Shown one piece after another: positions 33,090 to 46,397 of a stretch of DNA of 64,000 nt. Position numbers and translations under genes: made by a program. The notes under the pieces are model-generated. The model was not told the DNA's origin. It was given only the letters and a program-made list of their open reading frames with translations, and ran no database searches. Each line of letters starts with the position of its first letter. Position 1 is the stretch's first letter. Source of the stretch: Veleropilina oligotropha (lineage: Eukaryota); assembly GCA_048128005.1 (NCBI GenBank), contig JBEUKZ010000070.1:124001-188000 (forward strand), given 5' to 3'.

Positions 33090-33559
33090 TTAAGAGTCTT
33101 TTGCCGATTGAGGCTTTATTTTTATTTCAACTTTCATAATTGAATAGTTTGGACCTTTCCATGGTTTCCATGTGATTCCGTCAAACTTTTTCTCTGGAAT
33201 CACACCGTTTTTGTAGAACTTACCATTTAAATTTGAGGCATAACAGTTAAAATACCACCCAGCACCTTGAAAACGGTTAGCACAACTTCCACCAAACTCT
33301 TTTTCAATTTTATCATTGTCTCTGTCTTTGGTGGAGAATTTCATGAGGTTGTGCTTTGAGAGGCCATCGCCGGCGTCGCCCGCATAACCCTCCACGTGCA
33401 GCCGGTACTCCTGCTCGTCGCTGTCCACCATGAAGTAGTCGTACTCGGCGAACGCCTTTGTCCGCTCCCAGTCCATCAGGTCCACACGCAGGCGATAATG
33501 GTCCTGATTGGTGACGTGATGAAGGACATCATTCCCGATGTAATGCTCTCCATACACAC
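33090..33559 (-). CDS. Fibrinogen-related domain protein, last exon (FBG C-terminal half)
   Basis: GEHYIGND..LRVDLMDWE..AEYD..YAGDAGDGL..KFSTKDRDND..CA..GWYFNCYASNLNG..ITWKPWKG. Acceptor ttgcag. Confidence 0.95.
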
Positions 33560-34593
33560 CTGCAACAAAACGGACATATTTGATATTGAAATGATATTGT
33601 TGACATTGCCGACTACGGCAACAAATGTCTGTGTGCAAAGGGGATGTTGCGTATCATAAAAATATCTAATGTTTAACCAGAAATCCTCCTCCAGACATCT
33701 GATCTCATAGTGTAGCATCTTGGAGCCTATTGTGTACAGCAATTTTATTTGATGAACATTTATATTTGAAAAGCATGAGCAGTTCTGACTCTGATTTTTA
33801 ATTATTTATGGACCATTATCTTGCTTTTAGCATTGGTCCGCCATTCTGATTGGATGACGTTAGTTACGTAAATACCCCTATACACCTCTTGTTTGACGTC
33901 ATTTTAAAACATGAGTTGTACATAATATGGAGATGGAGGATGTTTGAATCATTCCGTAAAAGTGATTGAAGGAACTTGAGTATCTCTAATACGTCGTCTG
34001 GTTCGTTAGAAGTAAAGAAATGCAAATGACTGCGCTCGTAAAATGTGATCAACAACAATGGTAAGGTATTTAATTAATACAAGGGCAAATTATTATTCAA
34101 ATTAAAAGCAAGATAAATTCGTTGTCGAATAATGCAATAATGTAATGCTTGCTAACCCGTTTGCGATGAAAGCCTTACGAGCATTGCTATCATGCAAATA
34201 TTTTTCTACAACTGTTACATGAAATTATTACCAACAATGTTACATTTCATTTAGTTATACTTGTTGGAAAACCAAGATCATGGTTGTATCCTGTATGCCA
34301 TGGCTCTTCTATGTAAGTCATACTGTCTAAAGACGGTATTAGATGGTACCAGTTACTGAAGAGGCTGCAACACACAAATCATCTATCAGTAAATCATGGC
34401 AAATCTCGAGGCAATTGTCTGATACAGTTAATAAGTCTTACGTAGTGGACAAAGGTCTTTTATTAAATTGTCAGGGTACTTTGTCTAGAAATCCCTATAA
34501 ATACAACATCTCGCCTTACTACAATCAAGGCAAAGGATCATGTGTGCATACCGGTACTATAACGTCCCCCTTCTTTCATATGCATGACTATGC

Positions 34594-34986
34594 AACGTTA
34601 CCGAGCACATACCCCTAAATCAACGTTACCGAGCACATACCCCCAAATCAACGTTACGGAGCACATACCCCCAAATCGACGTTACCGAGCACATACCCCC
34701 AAATCAACGTTACCGAGCACATACCCCCAAATCAACGTTACCGAGCACATACCCCCAAATCAACGTTACCGAGCACATACCCCCAAATCAACGTTACCGA
34801 GCACATACCCCCAAATCAACGTTACCGAGCACATACGTTGGTTACCGAGCACATACCCCAAATCAACGTTACCGAGCACATACCCCAACGTTACCGAGCA
34901 CATACCCCAACGTTACCGAGCACATACCCCAACGTTACCGAGCACATACCCCCAAATCAACGTTACCGAGCACATACCCCCAAATC
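34594..34986 (-). repeat. 28-bp minisatellite built from the FBG exon end plus splice donor
   Basis: Minus-strand unit GATTTGGGG|gtatgtgctcggtaacgtt, about 14 copies, some truncated. Confidence 0.9.
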
Positions 34987-35166
34987 CCTTTTTATATTCT
35001 TTCCATTCTCGAAAAAAGTTTGTTGTCCCATCTTGTCTTCGCTGAAATACTGTCCAGCCTCCTCGGCGCATATCACAAAATACCTGAACGGCCTTCGCGA
35101 ACCCTGCGGGGAGGATGCTGTATGCGCCATCAGACGTTTTCCCAGCCAAGTAATGATCGTAGCAAT
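34978..35166 (-). CDS. Fibrinogen-related domain protein, exon 3 (FBG N-terminal half)
   Basis: DCYDHYLAGKTSDGAYSI..VFCDMRRGGWTVFQRRQDGTTNFFREWKEYKKGFG. AG/GT boundaries are in matching phase. Confidence 0.93.
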
Positions 35167-36406
35167 CTGACGAACGAAATCAAAATTTAGTATTAATTTT
35201 TCATTTAAGTATGAATTTATTTATCTTAGCATCCTGACCCTTGTCTGATATGGACTACCATCACTGACAAATGGTAAGTGTCCCCAGAGTTCAGTAAACG
35301 CTGTTGATGTAGTGCATAACTTTATGTACATATATAATTATAATCCTTGTTTGAAAATTTCACAGACAGTACTTGTACTACTCGTTGACTATGGTAATTT
35401 ATTATCAAGATTCGGTAATCCAAAATTGTGGTTACCACAACAATATATACTATTCATTGGTGCAGGTCACTGATGAAAACAACAACCTGCGAACCACTAA
35501 ACAATGTCATCGTCACTTTGGAAATATTTTTGAACACACATTTTTACAATTGTTGATACAGGGAATCAATATATAAACAAACGTAATTTATCATTTCGTT
35601 CAATGCAAAATTGACAGTAATTGTCCTGGATGGCTACTTCACTGGGACTCAGTCCTGTTGGATGGTCGGGTCAAATGGGAAGCGGCCAAGCCCTTCATGT
35701 AAAACTACACAAAATATATTGTATGTAAAAGATAATACACTGTCAGCATGAGCGTTATAAGCCATTAACAGACCGAGCCACAGCAAGGCTGATTGGCTTA
35801 TAACGCTGAGGGGTGGCAGCTGTATTATCTGTTATACACACCGTGGAAATCTATTGTAAATTGCAAGCTGTAACCCCTTAAAACATTCAATTGCCCACCA
35901 TATCGCCTCGAGAGCTTGATATGACAAAATCAACTCGTCCATTGGACTATCCTTTGTCTCTCAATTTAGTCTGGCCATCTAGCCGAGTTAACCATTGTCT
36001 CGGAACAATGGGTCAATTAACACTAGGAGGCCTATTGTTCACATAATTTTGCCCATGGTGTATATTGGTAGGCAACTCTGCTTAACTACCACTGACCCCA
36101 ATGGCCATGGAATATATGCAGTTTATTAGGGTTACCGGCCGTTACAGTATGTTTCGTCTAGTTTTACATGAAGTGCTTCCCGGTCAAACCCACACGCTGA
36201 TTTAGACATGAATGGTTGAAGCAAAAATACAGAAGATATATCTCCAGGGTAATTGGATGATTGGACACACCTGACATTTTATTACAACAATGCTACTATC
36301 AGTACTTTGTGTGACAAGAATGTATTAATATATGACCAAATAACACAAATTCAGCTTACATGTGTAATATCACTCGAATCACCACACCCATAGACTGACT
36401 GCTTAC

Positions 36407-39400
36407 CTTTTGGTTCGCTGCTTTCGGCTGCATACAGCGGCGCTGGTCTGGAATCGACCTCCTCATCTTGAGTAGCAGCAGAATCCTTGTTCTCACTTGC
36501 AGGCGATGCTCCTTTATTGGGTTTATTTTCTTCTTTAGATATTGGCTTCGTCTTCTTCTTAGTGTCCGACTTCGGGGCGCTACCACCAACGTCTTTATCT
36601 TTAGCGGGGGCGCTATCACCAGCATCTTTATCTTGAAATTTGACAGCGGGTTTTGCCTTCTTTGACTTCGCCTGTGTGGTTTGTGCCTTGGGTTTGGCAT
36701 CCTTTGCATCAGCTTGTGTTTCCTTGGTTGTTTCCTTCTTTGATTTATTTCCTGGCTTCGTCTTTTTACCCTTATCCTTACCTGTGTTTTTAGTTTTGGT
36801 ACTTTCTGTGGAGTTTGTCTTCTTTTTGTGTCCAGGTTTGTTGGTTTTAGTTTTATCTTTGATTTTGTTCTTTTTGTCTGATCCTTTCTCCTTACTGTCT
36901 TCTGTATTTGCTGACTTCTGCTTTGCTTCAGTCTTCTTTGCATTCTCTTCTTGTGCGGCCTTCTTGTCCATGGGGGCTACCTTAGTTTTATCTTCCTTTG
37001 CGGCCTTCTTAACCTTCGCAGGAGCTTGTTTAGTTTTCTTCAAGTCACTTTTCTTCTGTGGTTTCTTCTTCTGGGTTTCTTTTTTTCCCGCTCTACTTGC
37101 ATTTTTGGTTTTCGTGTCGCTTTGTGTGGAGTCTCTATGTTGCAATTTAATAAAGCCCTTTTCATCTAGTCCGTGTACGTCAATGGGTACACATGTAAAC
37201 GACATTAGAGAAATATATATTGACTTTGCAATACAGCAACATGTAATATTTTTGCTTATTGTTATATAGTCAAACATAGGACGCATATACATATGCATTA
37301 ACGCCGAACGGCCCGCAGTGTGTGACTTTCGGCCGTCTGTACCAGCATTGGATATCATGGAGTGTATCTGGTGCATTGCGTTCTCCTTGCCCATATGTAT
37401 GTCCATGGTGTTCTCCTGGTCGATAACATCACGTTTCCTACTTTCAAAGTGTTGTATCTTTTTCATGATTTGAGTAATCATATCTGATTGACTCGATACT
37501 GTGTCGGAGAGTATTTTGTTTTGCTCCGCAAGATCTGCCGATTGGTCTCGCAGCGTGTCCACGTGATCTGATTGGACTGACAGCTGATGGGTGAGCTCAC
37601 CCAGTCGGGCCTCTTGCTGCGTCATCACCTCATTCTGCGCCTTGCTTGCCTCGGCCTGTTCCTTCTGGTCAGCTTGATGTTCCAGCTCCAGGTATTTCAT
37701 CTGGCCTGCTCTCATATTTACGTTGTCGTATTTCAGTTCTGAATAATTCTGATTTATACGCAGTAACTCATTTTCCAATCTAAGGATTTGGTTTTCCAGC
37801 CTGGAAAATGTAGATGTGTGATTTTGTTTGTCTAGTTTGTCTAACAAGACTTGATTCTCTAATCTAACAATCAATATTTCTAGGCTTTGTACCTTTATTG
37901 CATATTGGCTTGTTTTGTCATCAATCATTTGTTGAATGTCCACTTCCAATTGCTCTAAAGTTTCCTTTGAATATGCCTTTTTGGGATCTGTCACGTGTGA
38001 CTTTAAAAAATTGCCGTCAAAATTTGAAAGTCCTCCGTTTTTAATTGCACTTTTGCCTATTTCCTTGGCATCACCTCCTTTACGATTGTTCGTATTTATC
38101 GCACCATTAAATGTAACACTTAAAGAATCCATGTTGTTACATGAACTCTTTCTGCATACACCATTTAGTGCTGTCAAAATGATATCTGTGTCATTTTTAG
38201 CTTTTATGATTCTCTCGCCAGTTGAGTCTCCGTCACCCATGTCATTTATTGCATCATCATCGTCATCATCATCTGACGTAGCTTCCGCAGATGGCTCGCC
38301 ATCATCATTGGACGCTTCCATTTCATCAATCACTTCTTTGACCTCACCGCCCCCACTTGGTTGATCTTCGTTATCGCTGCCACCTGATAACGAATTCCAA
38401 ATCGAGCTCAACAACGATTCTTCGTTAGCAGTATCTTCGGCTTCATCTGTTCCTTCGTTATCGTCGCCAGAGTCATCGTCTTGTATTTCGTCATTGTGTT
38501 CCCCTTCCAGCAGTTCTTCATTAATATTGCTTTCTTCGTCGCTTGGGGCATCAGAGTTCTCCATGTGATTGCCATTTGGAGTATCTGCAGCTTGTGCGGC
38601 GTCATTACTCTCCTCTAACGGAATGCCACCTAATGTATCTTCCCCGCCATTATCGTCACCATCTAGCGAAATGTCATCTAATGTATCGCCTCCGAAATTA
38701 CCATCACCACGTTTGTCATCTTCATTGTCCTTGTTTATCTGTTCGTCGATGTCGTCAGATTCCATATTACTATTTTCACTGAGATTGTGTATATTATCTC
38801 CTTCGCCTACATTGTCATCATCGAGTTCGTCTTCTGATTCGTTTTCTAGAACACCATCTTCGACCGCATTAGCAGCACCATGGTCTGGTCCAATATCTGC
38901 AGCTTCAACGTCTATCTCCTTATCAAAAGCTTCATCTTCGCTTTGCAATTGATCAGGTTCATCTACTCCATCATTTTCCGGCTCCGCGTCGTCGATGAAG
39001 TCTTCGTCATCGTTCTGGTCACTTTGTACCTCGCCAGATTGGTTATCTGGGTCGTCAACATTAGCCAAGGATTCAACAGTTCCGCCATCATCACTCTCTG
39101 CGTCATTTAGTTCATTGTCGTCATATGTGTCGTCATCGACGAGACCCTCCTCGCTGGCACCGCCTGATGCAGTGTCTAACGGTTCATTGGCAACATCAGC
39201 TTCCTGTATCTGGTAGTCGTTTGGATCGGAATCCAGTGCTTCCTCATTTTCCTGATCATCGTCTGTAGGAGTGTTTTTGAACCCGTCCGCACTGGTGTCT
39301 TCATCATCGTTCTGGGCGCCGTTGTGTACTTCCATATCTTCATCATCGTTGTTGGTTCCAGCATCACTGTCCTCCTCACCAGTAACATCCTTTTCGTCAT

Positions 39401-39714
39401 CGATCGTGTTTTCATTAGCGGCATTCACTTGTTCTCCTCTCTCGTCATTGGCTCCAGTCGCATCCGATTCCTGGGTGAGCTCGTCGAAGAGACCCTCTTC
39501 GTCGATGTCTGGCTCCGCAGTGTCATCCTCAGGGATGTTGAAGACTGTATTGTACCTGTCGATGTCATAACAGTCGACTTTTCGCTTCTTCCTTTTCAGC
39601 CGCCCTACGATGTGCTTCTTCAGCTTCATCTGCTCCTTTGTCAGATCCATAAACACACCGGCCTCCTTTGCGTTGACGAACCATTCTCCCAAGTCGCACG
39701 TGTCTTTCAATTCA
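36407..39714 (-). CDS. Fibrinogen-related domain protein, exon 2 (3.3 kb; Asp/Glu-rich, coiled coil, Lys-rich)
   Basis: Open frame. Acceptor ttacag at 39715; donor AAAG|gtaagc at 36406. Splicing gives EPK-DCYD, the usual start of an FBG domain. Confidence 0.85.
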
Positions 39715-40419
39715 CTGTAATTAAGAGACAAATAGATGTCTTTAGTGAAGATCGTGATAGGAATCAATAAATATGATGACTTTGTTAATAATACCATTTA
39801 AAAGTATTGATAAATCGATAATTAAAAGATATGATGGACCTTTCTGAAGGATTCCGCACATGTAGTGCGTGCACTGGGAAATCATGTAGGCCTATGCTCA
39901 CGGAGGGTGATATATGTTCATCGCTGACACCGCTTGGCCTGATGCGTGGACTGGGGAATCAACGTGTATGTGTGATAGATGTTCATCGCAGACACCGCTT
40001 GGCATGATGTTTGGCGAGACGTGGCTGGAGCGTGGGAGAATGAAGAAAGTTCGTTACAGGCCGCCGGGTCTGGAGGCACACACCAAGGAAAAATCGTCCC
40101 GCAGTCTTCACTTTAAACGTGAATCGATCGGGATTGCATCTCCCACGACTTTAAGTTGAACATGGTCACTAAATTTGGCGGGTGTGTGTGTGTGGGGGGG
40201 GGGGGGCTCATTTTCGTAACACCCCACTGGCTACCTGACTCGCCTACATGGACGATGATCCGAGTCCAGACTGAGCTCAACCAGTGACACAGTTTCTGCC
40301 TTCCCCAGTGTACAAACTTTAATAGCTTATTTTTGCAGTTTGTATAATGGGAACAATATTTAAGGAAACCCCATCATTTCAGAAATAATATCAAACTGGC
40401 CAGCTGTAGGGTGGACATT

Positions 40420-40620
40420 CTAAGGCATCTCGACTTGTCTCCCATTGAACATTTTTGGGATGTTTTTGGCCGCACGGTTCGCAACAGACGTCAGCATCCC
40501 CCCACTTTGCAACATCTTGGTTAGGCCTTGCAAGAAGAATGATTCCAAGGGACACCAACCATCGATTGATCTCCAGTATGCCCAGAAGATGTCGAGCTTG
40601 CTTCGATGCTCACTAAGCAT
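40420..40620 (+). pseudogene. Tc1/mariner transposase remnant
   Basis: LDLSPIEHFWDVFGRTVR resembles the Tc1 SPDLNPIE.W motif. Confidence 0.6.
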
Positions 40621-40929
40621 GGACCAGATATTGACTTTACTCAGAAAATGAGTTCCACAGATTCATATCTGTGCACGTGTTTTCTCAATAAATTCGAGAG
40701 TCCCGTAAATACTGTTCTCAGTATATATGTCACAGTTACGTTCACTTCATGTATCCCGATTTTTGTATTTATCATAACAAAAGCAAGCACGGTAGGTCAA
40801 TTTGTTTTACGACCACTTTTTGGCAATTTTGCAGCCATATCGCAGTTGGGACACCCGGTTTAGGTCTCACTCCGATCTGACCGACATATATCAGGGATAT
40901 GCCTTTCGGTTTTAGCATTAGAATAATCC

Positions 40930-41010
40930 CCGCCGGTGCGGGGATTCGAACCCACATCCTACCGTCCCACTAAAGGCTTTTCCGACGGTCTACCAGTTGA
41001 GCTATCGAGG
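40930..41010 (-). mobile_element. tRNA-derived SINE head or tRNA pseudogene
   Basis: Minus strand A-box tagctcaactggtag and B-box gggttcgaatccc. No clean cloverleaf. Confidence 0.55.
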
Positions 41011-41528
41011 ACATTTACCAAAGCAAGCATTTCAACAAGAAACATGTTGGTTATATATTATAATATGCATTTCTAAGAGGTGTATACACTTAACAACCGA
41101 CAATTATTTTCATTCTATCTTCCCATGTCGAGTGCTAATTTGTGCAAATTAAGAGAGGTGTGGGCCTATAGAGGTTCACATGTACAGTAGCCTATATCAA
41201 TGAATAGTTCAAGCATGCTAGTAGCGAAACTTCAACCAGAACAAGTTTATAGTGAAGGTGTTAGTAACTTTGTGATAGAGTCCCAAACAAAGTAAAACTT
41301 CAGAACGAAATGAAAGACTGTTCTCATGGAGAATATAAAGAGATGACAGCATACAACAGAGGGTGTTAACCTTGTCTCCTCTCCGGTCTCCGAATCGTCA
41401 TTTTCCTCTGTCAGACTGTAAAATATGTTTGATTTCATAGGAACACATTTATTAAATTATGCCGGCTATGCATTATTTCAATGAAACGACTATTTTATTT
41501 ATACATATACGTTCGAGAATACTGTTAT

Positions 41529-42014
41529 CAGGCGCGGATCCAGGGGGGGGGGGCGAACCCGGCGCCCCCCCCCCCCCTAAAGCTGGTCAAGCATACTATA
41601 ATAATATGTATATTCTGATACAAATTACTTTCAGAACATTATAAATAGGCCTACCCCAAAGTACTAAAGTTGAATTTTATTACTATTAGCTTTTGCAATG
41701 TAATAATGCAGGAGGGGGGGATTTCACACCGTTAATTGTCAAAATTTTCTTGCGCGGGGGGCGCCGACACCCACGTGGACAATTCGATTATGACAACAAC
41801 AACAAAACAATTGGACTCGTGCTATTTGAGTGACGGTAGTTCATAAAAAGTTAAAAGGAAATGTCGCTTTTGCCCTGTCAGAGTGCAGGAGAGGGGGTTT
41901 CAGGCTGTTGATTGTCAAAATTTTCTTTCGCGTGGGGCCCCGCATCCACGCGAACAGTTGATAGTAAATTCAGCGCCCCCCCCCCCCTAAACAAAATTCC
42001 TGGATCCGCGCCTG
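41529..42014. mobile_element. MITE with caggcgcggatccagg TIRs
   Basis: TIRs at both ends and a 5-bp direct repeat gttat on both flanks. Confidence 0.85.
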
Positions 42015-42597
42015 GTTATATTTAATAAAATTATATTCATGCCTGCCAACTGGAAAGGATGAAAATATTTGAGTGCAAACGTGTTATGCTTGATTGTTTT
42101 TTAAAATATATGTATGCCGGCGACCGAGTGGGGGTAGAGCGTAGCTCTGAACTCGCATAGAATATCTGGTTGCGCGCTGTCTTCACATGTCTGCCACATT
42201 CGAATATTTGTGAATTTAAGAATAAAAGTAACGGGGGAAATCCCCGTCTCGCGCTACATATTAGGAAGGTGGATGTCGTGATTCTGTTCTAACATTGATG
42301 GCTTCAATTGATTCTTTAAAATTAATCTTATAGCGTCAAAAATGTAGTCTTATAGCGTCAAAAATGTAGTAGGCCTAGTAAATTTGATTCTATTATCCAA
42401 TAAAATAGTACAAACCATAATATGGTTATCATAAAGACACAATATCGTAGTCTCCACAGAAGTTATTTTGTGGTTTGCTTGCTTTATAATTAGAACAGTC
42501 CTTCATTTTCGGAAATAAATAATAATATAGTTGAAATAATTCTGCCTTCCATTATGCAGTAACAGCATATATGGTGCGCTGTTTTGTGGATACTTAC

Positions 42598-42683
42598 CTT
42601 TTACCGGCGACTTCGAAGACAAACATACCACAAAGTAGTGTGGCGTATAAGAAGATCACTGTCCATTTGATTATCGGCCGCAT
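42598..42683 (-). CDS. Fibrinogen-related domain protein, exon 1 (signal peptide)
   Basis: MRPIIKWTVIFLYATLLCGMFVFEVAGK then AG|gtaagt. Phase 2 matches exon 2. The four exons total 4053 nt, i.e. 1350 aa plus stop. Confidence 0.8.
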
Positions 42684-44236
42684 TATTTATAATTAACGTG
42701 ATCCAGTGAGAGTTAATTGCTTTTAAAGTTCGTAGGATTAATTACTTTCCACCTCCATCTGTATTGTTACAATTCGCGAACACTGAAACATTCACCGTAT
42801 AGGCCTAATGCAGTTATATTGACGTGTATGCCACATTGCCTATTTCAATCCACGTGTGCTGACGTTGGCAGCATCGAAATTCTGTCGCTTTGTAACTTTT
42901 GATGAATTGATTTTCGAGATGTGCAACAGATGTAGCGATATCAAATGGTCACCCACCCGATTACGCGATATATTTGATCGATCACGCACTAAGATATAAC
43001 ACACATTTAAGGTACCGCAGTATTATGGTTTTCTGAATCAATATTCAACGTTTCCAATAAAGCTGGTATTTAACAATTATCAATATATAGCATATTTAGA
43101 ATCGCATTTCATTTCTCGACCAATGAGAAGGAAGTATTTGTCGCCACTTATTGCTGAAGACGGCACTCGTTAGGTCTTTTGTTCGCGATACCCTGTCAAT
43201 TATTAGGAATAGGGGTGACATGTTATAATCTTCATATGCGTCTTATTAATATAATGATAAATAAAGCGAATTAAAAAAATAATTTATGTAGTAATGAATA
43301 CATGTTTCGATAAAATAAACAGTTTGTCAAATTTGACAATAAGAATTAATTTGTGTGGAGAAATGAAATGAAACTACTAAATCGGTTAGACGGCAGATTG
43401 TAGCCCTTATCAAAAAGTAGGCTCGTCCTGCGGACTTACCTTCTATTTTGATAAGATTCTCCATTCCGCCATCTAACCTACATACATTTTATCGGCTAAT
43501 GCACAACAATACATTTTTCTATCGTTATTGTATGTGTTTGAAGTATGGTCCTATTTAGCTAAAATGAATAAGTTCCGTACAATGTCCGGCTTTTCTCATC
43601 AATAAACAATATGTGTATTCTGAACACTATAAAATATTCTATGTTTCCATGTTTAAATCTTTGAAGTAAAACTTTGTTGCGTAATTTCAAAGTGTGTAAA
43701 CAATTTGAGGGTCATTTATTTCAGCGCGAAAAAACTGAGATCATCGGGTGTACAATATATTAAATGTTTGTAAGAATAAAATACACGCCAAGCTATAGAT
43801 ATTTGAAAATTCATATCATCGTCAACCAAACCACGTTTATGATACAAAATAAGGGTGCAACTATATATAGTATGCCCGTATGTATGGAATGTTATCGGGG
43901 TCAATATATATTAGCCCTAAATTCTTCATTCTTCATTGCAAATTCTTAGTTCTTCTGTCCTAATTCGAAATTCGCATTTCTTCATCGCAAGTTCATTTTT
44001 AATTCGTATTTGTTATTTGTACGTTATAAATTCATAATTCTTCATTGTAAATTCTTAGTCCTTCATTCTTAATTCTAAATCTTTATTTCGTAATTCTCTA
44101 CTCTTAATTTGTATATTCTATTTTACATTGTTCATTTCAAAGTCTCAAATTCTCCCTTCCAAATTCTTCGTTCCAAATTCTTCGACATATGTCGCTTTTC
44201 ACTGTTGGCAGCAAATTGAACTGAATGGTATTAAAG

Positions 44237-44494
44237 GAGGAGGAATTATGCTTAATGTCCTGTATATTTATAACATCGAGGTTCAAGGCAGGACATGTCC
44301 GTGTTATCGCGAGAGGAAACCCCGGTCGCCGGGTAAACCCGCCCTCTTCGGCCAGTCACGGACAACTGTGCTTCATAACTTGAACAAATGTGTGCTGCCT
44401 CAGCCGGGGGTCGATCCCACTACTGTCCGCGTCAGCGGAAACAAGCCAGTGAATTTAGAGTGGACACTCTACCCACTGCGCTACCGAAGCGGCC
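44237..44494 (-). mobile_element. tRNA-derived SINE, copy 1
   Basis: A- and B-box-like head on the minus strand, (TCC)n tail, and 15-bp TSD tgaatggtattaaag (44222-44236, 44495-44509). Confidence 0.88.
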
Positions 44495-45892
44495 TGAATG
44501 GTATTAAAGCAGCGACATATATTATGTCAGGGTATAGAAAGTTCGATTATTTTTATATTATACGTCATCAGTGGATGGTAGCAATGCTCATCATTATATA
44601 TCCGATTCTACCAGTAGAAACTTCGATCAGACTTGGTACCGCTTGTAACTCCGATTACTTTTGGCTTAAGATTTATTTTAATAACTTTTCACATACTGTA
44701 TTGATTACTTTTGAAAGTACAATATTTATATAAGTAACAAAATAAGAAACAAAATCTTTATTTGGAACTATACGTTAGAGAATAATCAATTACCAGTGTA
44801 TATTTTACAATTTAAAACAAATTCATATTACCGTTTTATATAATAAATAATTAAGAAATTATAATGTTGTAAATTTAAATAGCCAATGTCATTATTAATT
44901 ATACATTTCATGTTGAAATCTATTAATTTAACATGTATAATAGTCCTCACCCATTGATAGCTTTGACACCACATACAAGAAAGAAATCAAAGCGTCCATT
45001 ATCGAAAACTTCATTATTTTGGTAAATATAGTAAATTAAATGCATGCCTGTCTTCAAACACATTTCAAAAATAATGTATCAATCGCTGTTCATAATAATT
45101 ATGCAACAATTGATACAGTAACTATAGATATAAAGAACAGCTGGTTTACAAATCTCCATGATGAGATATGGTCATGCTACCATCCACTGATAACGTATCA
45201 TATAAGAGTCGTCAGTGGATGGTAGCGAGTCGATGTTAGCCTTCATCAATTTCTTTCATATTTCTGATTTGCGTCAATGGCCCGTGCGCCGAATATTTAC
45301 TACTCAAAATTTGAAAATCATCAGCTTTTCTCATTGTAATTTCATTATGATCAATCGATTGTGTTGTTAAATATTGTACTTTATTGCCAGAACTGATTCA
45401 TCCTCAACACATTCTGTGATTTTCGAAAAGATAGTTTCCAATTTTCTTCTGATTGAACCTGAATGTCATTATTTCGGGGTATTGGATGACGTACCACTTT
45501 AAACCAAACTATTTAAATCATGATTCTTTTGTTTTGAAATTCATGTCTGGTAAGGTTAGTACCTCTGTGTTTCAGAGTTCAATAAAGCCCATCAGATACC
45601 GTAAGTCTAAGAAACGCTCCTGAGCTTTGTGTGAACCAAACATCATCCCAGGTCATGGACTCATTTCCGAGAGAATGGTCGCACTGAAAGAATTGGATGT
45701 TGTGGTCGAGAGATGGTGGTCACGCGGCAACACAAGATCGGTATCTTGTCATAACCGCCAACATAAATCGGACGACTTGTGCCATAGCTGTCCGAAGTAA
45801 CCTTTGAAATGCTACTGTTGTCAATATTTCTATGCAAGCCGTTCGACATAGGCTCCAAACAGTTTGGTTGAGTACGGGACGTCCGGCGCCCC

Positions 45893-46160
45893 GTAACCCC
45901 TTGATTGCTGCACATCGATAACATCGCCAGTTGGGTTAAGTACGGACGTCCGGCGCCCGGTAACCCCTTGATTGCTGCACATCGATAACATCGCCTAGAA
46001 TGAGCCATCCGTAACCCCCTGATTGCTGCACATCGCTAACATCGCCTAGAATGAGCCATTCGTAACCCCTTGATTGCTGCACATCGATAACATCGCATAG
46101 AATGAGCCATCCGTAACCCATTGATTGCTGCACATCGATAACATCGCCTTGAATGAGCCA
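45893..46160. repeat. ~51-bp minisatellite, ~5 copies
   Basis: Unit cgtaaccccttgattgctgcacatcgataacatcgcctagaatgagccatc. Confidence 0.85.
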
Positions 46161-46397
46161 TGCAACACCTCAACTGGACGCGATCTTTATTATCCTCCGG
46201 AGACGAGGGTATTGCAATCGGTTCCGTATGTATGTATGTATGTCCGTATGTTTGTAGATATATATATATTTGTTTTTATGTATGTCCATTCGCATAACTC
46301 AAAACTGTTGATCCGATTTACTTGAAATTTTTAAGCAAGGGAGGGTTTCTCCCTGGTTCGGGCCTCATCGAAGATGGTCCGGATTGTGACTCGGGTG

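Noticed and set aside
36351..39797. 1148-aa ORF as a stand-alone single-exon gene
   Set aside because: Splice sites at 39714/36407 join it in phase to a signal-peptide exon and FBG exons; the ORF ends are intronic read-through.
40930..41010. Functional tRNA gene (also the heads at ~44400-44494, ~47130-47190 and ~51470-51530)
   Set aside because: A/B boxes are present but there is no proper acceptor/anticodon stem set; better explained as SINE-derived.
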